A stretch of DNA of 64,000 bases from Sphaerodactylus townsendi (Eukaryota). The position numbers and the translations under genes are program-made. Where the stretch lies: positions 8,494,001-8,558,000 of the forward strand of contig NC_059427.1 in the NCBI RefSeq assembly GCF_021028975.2, given 5' to 3'. Below, piece after piece: positions 1 through 14,171 of the stretch (position 1 is the stretch's first letter; each line of letters begins with the position of its first letter). The notes under the pieces were generated by a model. It was not told the DNA's origin. It did not search any database and was given only the letters and a program-made list of their open reading frames with translations.

Positions 1-48
1 ATGGGGCCTTTTTCCCTCCCACTGTAACATCCCTCTCTGCCATTGCAG

Positions 49-174
49 GCGCTGTTTGAACAGGCAGCTGTGAGTTTCTTTGAGGCAGGCCAGCCTCTGC
101 CTGAAAGCGAAGCGGAGGAGGCTGTGGACCTGCAGAAGCCAAAGAGGAGACTGAGGACAATGGCAACCCGTGGG
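49..174 (+). CDS. Gene Z0, internal post-SCAN linker exon (SCAN exon lies upstream of the window)
   Basis: Acceptor catccctctctgccattgcag is nearly identical to those at 21911-21930 and 47348-47368. Peptide ALFEQAAVSFFEAGQPL resembles exon 2 of genes A-D. GT donor at 175. Length 126 rather than 3n+1 implies one indel. Confidence 0.6.
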
Positions 175-460
175 GTACAGAGTGAGGCCTTTATGGGTCT
201 TGAGTTCTTGGGTGCTCTGAAGCTCTCTCTCTCTCTTTAGACAATTCAGGGGTCTTCAAACCTGCAGGATCTGATCAAAGGGCCACATTACACATTACGT
301 TTTTGGATGAGTTAGAACCTGGACCAAACTCTTTGTCTCTGCAGTCACATAACATGTGCTGGGAAAGGCATTATAGAAGTCACCAGGAACCCAATTGATA
401 ACAGCACAAGGGTTTCAAAGACACTCCCACTTCTGGGCAAGCTGGCCTCTATTACATCAA

Positions 461-743
461 GGAGCAGCAGTGGCGTAGGAGGTTAAGAGCTCGTGTATCT
501 AATCTGGAGGAACCAGGTTTGATTCCCAGCTCTGCCGCCTGAGCTGTGGAGGCTTATCTGGGGAATTCAGATTAGCCTGTACACTCCCACACCTTGGGCT
601 AGTCACAGCTTCTCGGAGCTCTCTCAGCCCCACCCACCTCACAGGGTGTTTGTTGTGAGTGGGGAAGGGCAAGGAGATTGTCAGCCCCTTTGAGTCTCCT
701 ACAAAAGAGAAAGGGGGGATATAAATCCAAACTCTTCTTCTTC
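461..743 (+). mobile_element. tRNA-derived SINE (Squam3-like), full length
   Basis: A-box-like tggcgtaggagg, B-box-like ggtttgattccc, CORE-like ccttgggctagtca, tail ataaatccaaactcttcttcttc. Many similar copies in the window. Confidence 0.8.
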
Positions 744-1180
744 ATCATCTTCTCAACAGTGGCTGCACAACAACCATTTCCTTCTGATAAAAGATGCAAA
801 TAAGTATACTGGCTCCATGAGCCCTTTAAAAAAGTAGATAAAAGGGGTTAACCACGCATCTTTCAGCCTCACCATTCTTCTCCTGGTACTGTTTCCTTTA
901 AATTCCTTATGTGATGGAGGAAGCATATTCCTTAGCAGTTAAAACATGTGAGCACATTCTGTGACATTACGGCAACTCAGCTAATGATTAGGGCTGACCT
1001 GCACGTCAGGGAACCTTTTCAGTCAGATAATTTTGGGTTGTCAGGATGCCAGATTCCCCAGGAGCCATCCCTGGTCAAGAGCAAAATGCCCGTATGCTGG
1101 TGGGGGCATTGGCCATTGACTTGGATTCTTTTCAGATGTACTTTCTACTTGCTGCAGTTCTCTCTTTCTCTCTACCACAG

Positions 1181-1309
1181 AAGGCAGGACCATGAGAGAG
1201 ATTAAGATGGACAATATTCCACAGGATGGCCTTCCTTCGCAAAAAACCCTGGAGCCTTTTTCAAGAGGACCACAAACAAATGTTTCCTTCCTGGCAGAGA
1301 TATCTCAGC
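1181..1309 (+). CDS. Gene Z0, internal spacer exon
   Basis: Polypyrimidine tract + cag acceptor, gtgagc donor; 129 nt, phase 1/1, open (EGRTMREIKMDNIPQDG...AEISQ); splices in frame to 3019. Confidence 0.55.
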
Positions 1310-2084
1310 GTGAGCATCCTTTCCTGTTATGTTGGAGGAACCAACCAGGCATAACCAGGAGATCTGTATACATTGTAAAGAGGAAATAGCTTGCCAATGT
1401 CAGAGCTAAATTTTATGATCCTGGGAAACAAATACGCTTCTAAGGATTTAATCCTGTTGGGATCTCCCTTAGGATCTCCCCTGATGTAGTACCATAAAGA
1501 AATGCCCTACTAAAGTCCCCGCCGCCCCCGGCAATGCAAATAATTCAGCCTCTTAAAGAATGTACCCATCCCAATCAGGCAGCAAAATAGCATTCAGATA
1601 CACCCCCTGCCCCAGGGCTGCAGTAGAAAAGGAAATGGGCCACACCTATTCCATAAGAGGCAAGCAGTAATAAATGTTATGCTCATTATTACTTTAAACA
1701 TGATACAGAGCTTTTATTTGTTTATTTTATTAAAGTGAATACTCACTCTTTCCCATCAAAAGCTTCCATATGTTATTACTCACATCAAAATATCATAAAC
1801 CATATGCAATTTAAAATCAGCATAATTAACAACACTATTTCAAACAATTCAACATTAAAACCCAGTACATAACTTCATTTCAATGGTGGCCAGTCAGATG
1901 TCCATAACAGACCCTGCAGCGACCTAGAAATCTGTCCATCCCTGTCTCATCATAGATCTACTCACTGTGCAGACGGGGAGGAGGAGGGCAAGATCAGGAG
2001 GGCCCACAAGATGAAACAGACCCATAGTTGCCTTAACCCCCCCTCCCGCCAATATTACATCAGTAGAAAACAAGGCCCATATTC

Positions 2085-2620
2085 AGTCACCCTCAGACAG
2101 AGCACCATGTTAGTTTTGTTCTCTGAGGACAGGACGGATGTCACTTATCAAAAGTGTAGGCTGATAGGGCTCTTGGAAGTGAAGGTTCAGAGCCTGGAGG
2201 AAAGGATTACTACACTTCATGAAATTGAGGGAGAATTTCATTAATAGAAGTCATGGGGGCTTACATAGGGGTGGTGATACTGGTCAAAAGGACAACAGAG
2301 TCCTCAAAGTATTTGAAGGACTGCCACTTAAAGGTGAGCAGGGAGCTGTTTCTGTTGGCAGCACAGAATTTGCAGTAATGGGTATAAGTTATGGGCAGAG
2401 AAGTACCAGTTGGATATAAAGATTTTTTTTACAGTAAGAGTAGTTCAGCAGTGGAAACAACCACCTAGGAAGGTGGTGAGCTCCCCCGTCTGGCAGTCTT
2501 CAAGTAGTGGCTTGGATGAACACTTGTCTAGGATTCTTTCAGCTGATCCTGCCGTGAGCAGGGAGTTATACTAGGTGGCCTCGATGGCACCTTCCAGCTC
2601 AATTATATTATGATTCTAAG
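2085..2620 (+). mobile_element. Old, internally deleted CR1 LINE (ORF1 zipper fragment joined to 3' end)
   Basis: QKCRLIGLLEVKVQSLEERITTLHEI resembles the CR1 ORF1 zinc/leucine-zipper region. It is followed by a CR1 ORF2 end and 3'UTR (...ccttccagctc...atgattct). Confidence 0.55.
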
Positions 2621-2755
2621 GCAGTGCTAACTGGCTAATATGTGCAATTAAAAGATAATATATATTGTGCAGTGCTGTAGTCAGGAGGTATCATAAATAG
2701 GCAAAACACTTTTTCTCCAGTTTAACGAACCATTCACTAATGATGTTTTTCTGTG

Positions 2756-2962
2756 GAAGGGCCCTGGCTCTGTAGCAGAGCATCTCTTGGCATGCAGAAA
2801 GTCCCTGATTCAATACCCAGTATTTCCAGTTAAAAAGATCTGATAGAGGGTAATGTGAAAGATCTCTGCCTGAGACCCTGGAGAGCCACTCCCGTCTGAC
2901 TAGACAGTATTGACCTTTATGGATTAAGGGCCAACTGAGTATAAGGAAGCTGCATGTATTCA
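2756..2962 (+). mobile_element. tRNA-Ala-like-head SINE with CR1-type tail (Squam2-like)
   Basis: tggctctgtagcagagcatctcttggcatgcagaaagtccctgattcaataccc head, followed by the ctgagaccctggagagcc body. Confidence 0.6.
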
Positions 2963-3018
2963 TGCACTGTTCCCTGCTTACTGTTTCTTCCCTTGGCTTT
3001 CTTTTTCTGTTCCAGCAG

Positions 3019-3870
<852 letters not shown>

Positions 3871-5036
3871 CTTCCCCCCTACACACACGCCTATTGATGT
3901 ATCACAATCACAACCCCCACATTAATATTAGTCAACAGAAAATACTGGGAGCTCAGGAACCATACAAATGCTCACACTGCAGAGAAAACTCCTATAATAA
4001 ATGTAGTCTTGGTGTGATTCCGAAAAGCCATGGAAATGCTTTCTGGACAACTTTTCAGCCAAATCCAGAGCTTGCAGTGGCAAGGGATGGTGCTGCTGCC
4101 AAGCCACCACACTGCCAACAAAGGTCTTTCAAGCAGCACAGGAAGGTGGAAAAAAAAAACAAGGAAACCCCTGGCCATCTGAAAATTGCCCACTGGACAA
4201 AAAGGACAGGCGCCCACACTTTTGGATGGCATAAGTCTGTGGCTGGAGAGGGGGCATTCCCAGGCTGAAAGCTGACTAAAAGTGCGCTAACAGAGCTTTA
4301 GGTGTCAGCATTTCTGCTGGGCAGTGGGCTCTTCTGGGTTCTGTTGACATAGGACTGCACAGCACCCACCTGCTGACATGGGTACCCTCTCTGTCAGGCA
4401 TTTTTGCATCTTATGCCAGTAGGGTGGGCACCCATGTTGACACAAGCCCATGCCGCATCTATAACTCCATTCACCTCCTCCTCACCCCCGGATTGTGCTA
4501 TTACAGTTGAAGCTGAAGAGACATTGCTGAGGATGAGAATAAACAATTATTTGATTGGAAACTAATCTAGATTTCATTACTATTAGAAAAGGCTATGGTT
4601 TTGCTTTTTCATATATCCACATTTTGTTTGGGAATGATTATCGTTAATGACATGCATAAATCAGTTTGTTTTTCTTACATATTTTTGTGTGCTGTCTTTT
4701 GTCACACCTCATCATTTTTTTTGGTTTGGCAATTAAATTCAAAGGACACTTTCCTGGAAGTAAGCCCAATTGAAGAGACCTGAGTAGCATTCTTAGTAGA
4801 GGATTGTTCCATCAGAAAACAGGCTTTTCTTTATGCTCAAGGTGACGCCCACTTAGTTCTCTTTTTTGAAAATTTCCCTTCTCAGACGTTTAATTTTTTA
4901 AAACAAGAAAACTAGAGAAGGTTTCTCAAAGGTTCTTTATGATATTTAACAGGGCTGGGACTCCCACTTTTAATTTCTCTTCTCAACTTCAAGCTATATT
5001 GCAAATCGAAGAGATTCGTAGTAGAGTCTGATGTTA

Positions 5037-6109
5037 TCATAAATGACCTGGAAGTAGGGGTGGGTAGCGTGGTGGCCAAGTTTGCAGATGATACCAAATT
5101 ATGTAGGGTGGTGAGAACCACAAAGGATTGCGAAGAGCTCCAAGCGGACCTTGATAAATTAGGTGAGTGGGCTCAGAAATGGCAAATGCAGTTCAATGTA
5201 GCTAAATGTAAAGTGATGCACATAGGGGCAAAAAATCCAAACTTCACATACACGCTACAGGGGTCAGTGCTATCAGTCACAGACCAGGAAAGGGATTTGG
5301 GCTTCTTAGTTGATAGTTCCATGGGAATGTCAACTCAATGCATGGCAGCTGTGAAAAAGGCAAACTCTATGCTGGGGATCATTAGAAAAGGAATTGATAA
5401 TAAAACTGCAAAGATTGTCATGCCCTTATATAAAGCAGTGGTGCGACCGCACCTGGAGTACTGTGTCCAGTTCTGGTCGCCGCATCTCAAAAAGGATATT
5501 GAGGAGATAGAAAAAGTGCAGAGAAGGGCAACAAGGATGATTGAGGGACTGGAGCACCTTCACTATGAGGAGAGGCTGCAGCGTTTGGGACTCTTTAGTT
5601 TGGAGAGGCGGCGGCTGAGGGGGGATATGATTGAAGTCTACAAAATTATGCATGGGGTAGAAAATGTTGACAGAGAGAAATTTTTCTCTCTTTCTCACAA
5701 TACTAGAACCAGGGGGCATTCATTGAAAATGCTGGGGGGAAGAATTAGGACTAATAAAAGGAAACACTTCTTCACGCAACGTGTGATTGGTGTTTGGAAT
5801 ATGCTGCCACAGGAGGTGGTGATGGCCACCTCAACCTGGGATAGCTTTAAAAGGGGCTTGGACAGATTTATGGAGGAGAAGTCGATTTATGGCTACCAAT
5901 CTTGATCCTCTTTGATCTGAGATTGCAAATGCCTCAACAGACCAGGTGATCGGGAGCAACAGCCACAGAAGGCCATTGCGTTCACCTCCTACATGTGAGC
6001 TCCCAAAGGCACCTGGTGGGCCACTGCGAGTAGCAGAGAGCTGGACTAGATGGACTCTGGTCTGATCCAGCTGGCTTGTTCTTATGTTCTTATGTTCTTA
6101 TGTTCTTAT
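5037..6109 (+). mobile_element. Young 5'-truncated CR1 LINE: C-terminal ORF2 (RT) + 3'UTR + (TTCTTATG)n tail
   Basis: ORF 5060-5905 has [32 protein letters not shown] and [13 protein letters not shown] motifs; octamer tail at 6079-6109. Confidence 0.95.
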
Positions 6110-7115
6110 CAGGTTGTTAAAATCCTATACTGGTAAGCATAGGGTGAACAGCGTCATCATTCCAAATATGTTATGAGTGGTGTGAAAATTATTCGTGCTT
6201 CATGCATGAACAAGCACATTAACATTTTATCCAAGTCTCTTTGTTTGTTCTTCAGGCCTGGTAACAGTGTAAGACTAGATATTTACATATAAACACATCC
6301 TGTATCTGACGAAGGGAGCTGTATCTTTTGAATGCTTGTGCCCTGGAAATCTTTGCTACCAGACTAGAATCTTACAGTTCTGCTGCAGAGCAAGCTAGCT
6401 ACCCGCATGAAAGATATTTACAGTTATCACATCGGTATTCAAGATGTTTGGAGTTTCCCTCAAAAAACTGCACAGATGCTTAATGCAGTATTTAAAATGG
6501 CCTGGACTGGTTTCAATTCATGTTTTTGTGGGTATCAGTTTCAGGCCGGAAGGGTAATTACCTCTGCAGTAGGAACGGATCTCCAATATCCCATTGCTGC
6601 TGTTTCCTGGATCACTGAGGTTGACAATATACATACTGTACCTATTACTAAGAGTTCTCCTGTGGCCCCAAAGTTGGCAGTGGAAAGCAAGAGAGAAATC
6701 CACTCCTAAACTTGTAACAAGCCACCAGTCTACTGCATTGCTGGTATGTTGTATATCTGTTAATCCTGGGGGTGGGGTGAACTGTGTAGTGTTCCCCTCT
6801 CTTTCAAGGTGGAATGTATAGTTAATTCAGTAACAGAGACTGTATCCCAGTTAGGACAAAAGACCTGCCCTAAATCTATTTAGATCAGAGGGTACAACTC
6901 TGCACTGAATGGCATTGTTTATTTCAGAAGCCTGTTATCCTAGTCCTGATACATTGCTTATTAGACCTCTTCCTATTGATTGTACTGATTTGCACTATAT
7001 AAATCTGGGGATGCCAGTCCTCCAAGTGGGCCTTGGAGATCTCCTGGAATTATAGCAGCCTACAGAGATCAGTTCCCCTGAAGAAAATAGTTGTTTTGGA
7101 GGGTGGATTCTATAG

Positions 7116-7346
7116 GCACAAAATCTAGCTGCCGCCCTTCTCTCCTGAAATGTTGCCCTCCTCAGGCCCCATCCTTAAAGCTCCAGGAATTTCTCATCCT
7201 GGAAGTGGCAACCCTAGAGTCTCAGTGAGAAAAGCAGACTACAAATAAAGTAAGTAAATTAAAAACTGCACACATATGTTTCTGCCTACCTGTCACAGGA
7301 CAAATAATAGGAAATGACTTCACTGCATATCCCAGGGGAATTTCCA
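7116..7346 (+). repeat. 231-bp direct repeat, copy 1
   Basis: Colinear with 8891-9121; about 10 substitutions and no indels by manual alignment. Confidence 0.9.
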
Positions 7347-8890
7347 CAGGGAAAGTGTTGAAAAGGTCAGTTTTGTTTTGAGGGGTTTTTTTTGCAATGG
7401 TATCCACTGGTACTGAGAATCGACTGTCAGTGTAGTGAGGCTATTAGAACCTTGGACCCTTGGATCTGGAAGATCCAGGTTCACATCTCTGCTCTGTAAT
7501 AGACAAATGCTGGGTCACCTTAGGCCAATCATGCTCTTGATTTTTGCACAGGATTTTTGTGAGGATAAGATGGAGAACAGAATGACATATGCCACTTCGG
7601 GTCCCCATTTGGCTGCAAGGTAGTGGTATAAATGAAGCAAATAAACAAAAATAAAGTAAAACTGGATCAGGGGCGTGTCTTTTGAGTCTTGAGGTGGAAC
7701 TGGTGAAAATCAGTGAAACCTTATATATGAGTACTGGCACTTTTTTTACAAAACTAAACAAACAAATGAAGAACCTCTAGAGAACTGTCAGAACATGTGT
7801 AAATGTTTAGATCAGCAAAATCTAAATGACAGCTGGACCCTCCTTCAAACAGGTGCCGTGTGCAGATTAGTACCGAGTGCACAGCATGTACAGTGTGCAA
7901 ACCTGATAAGGTGAGGGCATCTGATTGGTACCACTTTTGTATATAGTTAGCACAGACAGCAGAGTGAGGTGTGCCTGAAAACACATGTGGTCTGGCGAAG
8001 CACTTTGTAAGTAGATAGCAATAAAATAGAACTGCACTGGTGACTGTGTGTCTATCAGTTCTTGTCTACATTGTGTCCTACAAGGTGGTCTACTCCGAGT
8101 AAATCCGCTGCTTCAACAAGAACACACACGGGCCAGTTGGAGGGAGAACAGTTTTAAGTCCCCCTCCCTAACTAGTTTGTAGCTTCTCCGGCCTTCCCAG
8201 TGTCAGGAAAAGAGGAAAAAACCTTTGCAAGTCTTTCCCTTCTTTTGGTTGCAGGGTAGGGCAGCCTCAATGCAGCGACTTCTACAGCAGCAGAGTTGCA
8301 AGGTTTCTTCTCCCCCTTCCCATCCAGACTCCCCTGAGTGGACGAGTGCCCCTGCTGGACAACCTCAAACAAGGGGATTTTCCCCCTTTGGGTCTGCAAT
8401 GTCTAAAGGGGGTTAAGGACACAGAACTGCACTGCCTAGAGAAGACAGCTGGCAGTGGGAGGAGGATAGCAAAACCTCTCTTGCTTGTTCAGAAAGGGAA
8501 GGAGATTGGGTGGCTGGGAAGAGCACGAAGATCGGAGAGCCTGAGCTCTGGGAGGTGAGTAGAGTTGGGGGTCGGAGGGAGAAGAGACACCCCTCGCCAA
8601 TTGATCCTGGTCCAAGCAAGATCTTTTCTCCTTCTGGATCAGGTAGAAGGAAGAGGAAGAGCATCCCACCTTTCTCTCTGCAGAGGCAGGTGGGCAGCTC
8701 ATCTTGGCAAGTTTTTCTTAGGTCGGGTTGCCAACTCCAGCTGGTAAATTTCCTGGAGATTTGGGGGTGGGGGCCAGCAGCAGAGTGTAACTGTGCAGTG
8801 TCTACCTCCATCAGCAATTGCATCTTTTGCAGTCAGTGGGGTTGAGAAGGTGTAACACTGTTTAGGATTGTATAGTTAGCATATTGTATA

Positions 8891-9121
8891 GCACAAAATC
8901 TAGCTGCTGTCCTTCCCTCCTCAAATGTTGCCCTCCTCAGGTCCCATCCTTAAAGCTCCAGGAATTTCTCATCCGGGAAGTGGCAACCTTAGAATCTCAG
9001 TGAGAAAAGCAGACTACAAATAAAGTAAGTAAATTAAAAACAGCACACATATGTTTCTGCCTACCTATCACAGGACAAATAATAGGAAATGACTTCACTG
9101 CATATCCCAGGGGAATTTCCA
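8891..9121 (+). repeat. 231-bp direct repeat, copy 2
   Basis: See 7116-7346. Confidence 0.9.
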
Positions 9122-10548
9122 GTTTGGTGACGCCCCCGTCACCAAACAGTGGCCATTTGGGCTTGCCAACAGGCCTGGAGAAAAATGGCTTGTCCTTTAA
9201 ATTGAGGCTTCATGTTTAGACATGGGCAGGTAGGTGAAGCTTTTTCAGCACGATCACTTAGTAATTGGATTAAGCCTTTATTGAAGAGCCAGGACTCTTC
9301 TTTTTTTTTTGGTCCAGGGCTGTTGGGTGTGCAAAATGCCACCAAGTCACAGCTGACTCACAGCATCCCCAGCAAGGAGCTTTCAAGGCAGGTGAGGAGC
9401 AGAGGTGATTTACCTCTGCAGGGTCTTGTTGGATGTCTTGAATCAGCTTGGAGCTCAACTTGGCTGGTTTTGAAGCGGCTTGGAACCCAAAGTGAAAACA
9501 ACACGCAAATTTTCATTGTCCAGGGAATGACTGTAATGGAACTTTGGGACCCATCTCTTTTCACTTGCTGTTTTGAAGGCATTTGTGAACTACTTACACG
9601 GTGGCAAAAGATTACCGATACAGCCTGGCTAGTGTGCTTTGGAGCATTTTTGCAGATTTATTTGCTATGATGAATTATTGCTTTGAGCAGAATTGATGCT
9701 TTTGGTGTTGCAGTGTACTTATTGAGCAACTGAGCTTAATGTAGGCTTATATTTAATCTAAATATTGTGAATAGATACAGGTATTTCAGTACAGGCTGAT
9801 GCTGTTAATATAGTTTTCCTGTACTGGTCCCCTTATTTGGATGTTAATTTTTGGCCTGCAGAAAGTGTCGGGTTCAATCTTCAGCATCTCCCGTTAAAAG
9901 GACTAGACAATAGATGATGTGAAAGGCCTCCACCTGAGACCCTGCCAGTCATGATGGTCTGATTCAATATAAGTATACTTATAAAGTGTGTGCATGTGCG
10001 TGTGTGTGTGAAGTATAAAGGAATAGTTATAAAGTATAAAGAATGTCAGCACCCATATGTACCTGCCCAGGCACTGAGGTCACAGGGGGAGACTTTCCCT
10101 GTGTTACCCCCCCCCTGCTGAATTATGGGGACAGGTGCATGCAGGAGGGCTTTCTCTGTGATTGTCCTCAGGATTTGGAATAATTTCCCCTCAGAGGTTT
10201 GCTGGGCGCCTACCTGTATGGTTTAGGTGCCTCGCGAAGATTTTCCTTTTCACTCAGGCATTTGGTTAGTCTCCCGGAGGCCCCCTCTATGATGATGCTG
10301 GTTGGCATGGGGGTGGGGTGAGGGTTAGGGTTGGGTTTTTAATTTTTGTATGCTGTGTTTTTAACAGATGTATTTGTATAAGAGGATACATGTGAACTAT
10401 AAATGTAAAAAAAAAAAGAGGAGTATTCATATTTGTGTTTGTTTTTTGAAATATATGTTTCCATCTCTGTTATCCAGGCTAAAATTCAATATTCCTATTG
10501 ACATTCCTAGAGTTTTGTATTGTGAGACTATTTTAATCAGACAAGGAA

Positions 10549-11262
10549 ATGGAGGAACCAGATCCTACAGGCCTCACCTTAATGGAAGCCCTTCATGGCC
10601 ACCAGGCTGGGTTTGTGAGGGAATTCCTGCACAGGCAATCAGCAGAACAGATGAAACGGGAACCAAGAGAGGGATCCCTTCAGCATTGGGAAGTCCAGTG
10701 GCAAGAGTTCCTCAAGACTGTGGAGACGCCTCAGCCACATTGGGCAGGTTCAGAGTTGCCACAGGAGCCCACACCATGGGATGATGCCAAGACCTTTCTA
10801 TCTTCTTTTGAGCAAGTGGCCAAAGCCTGCCAGTGGCCCAAGGAAGAGTGGGTGGCCCGACTCCTGCCAGCCCTCAGCCATGAAACTGAGCAAGCTTTCA
10901 TTAGCCTGAATGATAAGGATAGGAGGGATTATGGGAAAGTGAAGGCAGCCATCTTGCAAGGAGACACCTTGAGGAGGGAGAAGCAGCGTCAATGCTTCCG
11001 ACATTTCTGCTACCAGGAGGCTGAAGGGCCAAGAGGGGCTTACAGCCAGCTCCAGGAACTCTGCAACAAGTGGCTGAGAGTGGAAAATCACACCAAGGAG
11101 CAGATCCTGGAGCTCTTGATCTTGGAGCAATTGCTGAGTGTCCTTCCCACAGAGATCCAGAGCCGGGTGAGGGAGAGCGGACCTGAGAGCTGCTCCCAGG
11201 CAGTGGCCCTGGCTGAGGAGTTCCTCTCAAGGCAGCAAGAGGCACAAAGATGCAACGATCAG
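10549..11262 (+). CDS. Gene A exon 1: extended SCAN domain
   Basis: ATG at 10549. SCAN motifs [61 protein letters not shown]. Donor cag|gtgaga; 714 nt, phase 0. Confidence 0.93.
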
Positions 11263-12063
11263 GTGAGAACAGTTCCTTCTGTTACCCCTATGTGACGTGT
11301 GGCCTGTGTTGATATCTCTCTCCACCGTGACAACCATTCCATTCTCCATTTTGTGACAGGGAAGGCAAGCTGTGAGCTGAGCAAGATTTGTTGCTTGCCT
11401 GTCCTTGACTGACAGCACTGGTCAGTTCTGTCCACTACTACACCCACGGTCTTTTGGTACCCTAGGCCAATCATTAGTCTGAATAGCTTCCGCCCACCAC
11501 CACTGCAGCCCAGGTGGTTGCCTTTGCCTACCCAGCCTATCTTTCCCCTCCTCCCCAAGGAGGGAGGAAGAGCAGCTGGCCATTTCAATGCCCAGCTGCC
11601 AAGGGGGGGGGGGCGCAATGCCCAGCTGCCAATGCTTCTTACTTACCTGGCTCTAAGCACTCCAACACAGGTGCAGATAGACAGTGAGTCCCAGCAGCTG
11701 GACTCTGCCATACCCACCAAGCTGGTGATAGCTAGCTGGTCTCCTTCCCTCCCTCCCATGTGGCTAAGAAGGAAGGCTAGGGGAACCACCTTGAGGACCC
11801 CTGCACTAGACAACTGGTTATGTGTACCTCATGGGTGGGCCGGCTCTGACTATACTGTGTCCTATCTCATTTAAAAGGTGTCATGTCTTATAATCAAGCC
11901 TAACAGATCCCAAGAAACCCAGATATAATTTCTCCTTTATGTGTGGTAGTGGCGCTGTTTGGTGCTGAGCAAAGAAGGAAGAACAGAGCCTTTATCTCAT
12001 CAAGCATTCTCCATCCCATCTCTCTTCCTGTGTTCCTAAAAAGGCACCTCTGTGCTCTTGCAG

Positions 12064-12196
12064 GTGGTGTTTGAAGAGGCTTTTAAAGAGGTGACAGCGA
12101 CAGCCTCTGAGGCAGGCCAGACTTCATCTGACCACAAGCTGCGGCACTCGTATATGGAAACGAAGCAGAAGGAGTATGGGGAAGCCAGCCTGTTAG
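12064..12196 (+). CDS. Gene A exon 2 (linker)
   Basis: ttgcag|GTG ... TTAG|gtaaag; 133 nt open (VVFEEAFKEV...GEASLL), phase 0 to 1. Confidence 0.85.
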
Positions 12197-13158
12197 GTAA
12201 AGAGGGCAGGCCAGGTGGGGCCTGAGTCCTTGGGTGCTCTGAAGCTCCTTTTCTTCTTTCAGGGAATTCAGGGGCTGCTCCATCCTTGGAACTTTTAGAA
12301 TTGTTGATGAGGTGTAGAAAAGGGCAGGCTGGAAGGGGGAACTGCAGAAGCAGAGCCAATAACATATGAGGGAACAATTTAGTCAGTCAGAGAGCCACCA
12401 TGGTGTAATAGTTAAGAGCTGTGGACTCTAATCTGGAGAAATGGGTTTGATTCCCCATTCTTCCTCATTCACCTGGGGCCAATCACAGTTCTCTCAGAAC
12501 TCTCTCAGAAATTATTAAACTGTATAATAATTATCAGCTGTTTTAAAATTTGAACTAGAATGCAATGATATCAGAAAACTGGATGAATAGAATATATAGC
12601 CAAGTTCCCAGGATTTGTTTTTTGCATCTAAACATTCACGGATGGGATCTCAAAAATAATGTTAGATGCGCACCAAAAAAAAATCCCTCTGTGTGTAATT
12701 CTGACAAGCGACTTTCCTTTACAAGATTTAACGATGAAATTTTGAAGACTCCCTAGGGAAAAGTGGATTTCCTTCGCAGCAAAATAGAGGAAGACTTATG
12801 TGCAGAAATAAGTTGAAGGGTATGGAGGGCAGAATGCGTGGATTGGGTTTTAATGAGAACTGGAAACCAGCTTCAGACTCGGTGATTTTTCTGCTCTCTG
12901 CAAAGTGAGCTATATTGATAATCCTTTTCTCCTAGCAACAAATAAGCTGGTGAAAGGGCTGCTTTGCCACCATGGGTTATACTGGGAGTGGGACTTCTAC
13001 AGTGTATTCTTTTTAAGGGCTAACTCCCCCTTTTTCTGCTCCTTTTCAATATTGTCTGCAGTATTTCTCACTACAGAAAAAGCTGAGACAGTAGGGTGAA
13101 AATTCTAGATAAGATAGCAATTTGAAAGAACCCTTTATTCTTTTCTTTATGTCAGCAG

Positions 13159-14171
13159 GCAATGAGTGGGACAGCCAGATGGAAAAGAAACAACATGAGT
13201 TCTTGTCAGGAAGACCTGAACAGGAGGAACGGAAAGGAATTTGCTGGAATCAAGATAAAGCTAAGGGGCAAGAGTGGAATGTATTGAAAAATACAGATAA
13301 GTCCATCCTTTGCCAGGGTGGAAACTTCCATGAAATCCCAGTACAAGAGGAGAATCAAACTGAAATTAAAAGAAGGAAGCTCCTTGGTGCAGATTGGAGA
13401 ATGCACACAGTAGAGCAACCAAATAAAAGCTTCACATTTGGAAAGACTTACAGTCAAAGGAGAAACCTGAATAAACACGAAATGCTCCATGAAGGACAAA
13501 AGCCATATAAATGCTCTGAATGTGGAAAGAACTTCACAAGGAGCACAAGCCTTACTTCTCACAAAAGAGTCCATACAGGAGAAAAACCATATAAATGCTC
13601 CGAGTGTGGAAAGAACTTCACCAGGAGCACCACTCTGACTTCCCACAAGAGAATCCACACAGGGGAGAAGCCATACAAATGCTTAGAGTGTGGGAAGAAT
13701 TTCAACCGGAGAACAAATCTCACTTCACATAAAAGAATGCATACTGGGGAGAAACCATATAGATGCTCAGAGTGCGGAAGGAGGTTCGGTGATCAGTCAA
13801 GCCTTGTTAAGCACAAGAGGACCCACACAGGAGAGAAGCCCTATGAGTGCTCAGAGTGTGGGAAGGGTTTTACCACAAACACAAATCTTACTTCACATCT
13901 AAGAATGCACACAGGGGAGAAACCATACAAATGCTCTGTGAGTGGAAAGAATTTTACAACAAGCACAAATCTGGCTTCACATCAGAGATCTCACATTGGG
14001 GAGAAACCCTATAAATGCTCTGAATGTGGAATGAGTTTCAGTCATAGCACAACCCTCACTTCACATCAAATGATTCACACAGACAAGAAACAGCATAATT
14101 GCTTAGAATATACCAGAAGCTTTAGTGAGGTATCATGTCTTAATGCATATCAGATAGTATACACAGGATAA
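13159..14171 (+). CDS. Gene A exon 3: C2H2 array (6 canonical + 3 degenerate fingers); spliced gene join(10549..11262,12064..12196,13159..14171) = 619-aa SCAN-ZNF
   Basis: cagcag acceptor; open to TAA at 14169-14171; repeated CxxC..H..HTGEKP; total 1860 nt in frame. Confidence 0.92.

Noticed and set aside
5060-5905. 281-aa ORF as a host gene
   Set aside because: It is the 5'-truncated C-terminal part of CR1 ORF2, with sibling copies in the window.
7116-9121. Direct repeats as LTRs of a retroelement
   Set aside because: No TG...CA ends, PBS, PPT or TSD.
10798-11245. Antisense ORFs over SCAN and zinc-finger exons
   Set aside because: Shadow frames of the real + strand exons.
10549-14171. Assigning a human ZSCAN/ZKSCAN symbol
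   Set aside because: Lineage-specific expansion; orthology cannot be established from this sequence.
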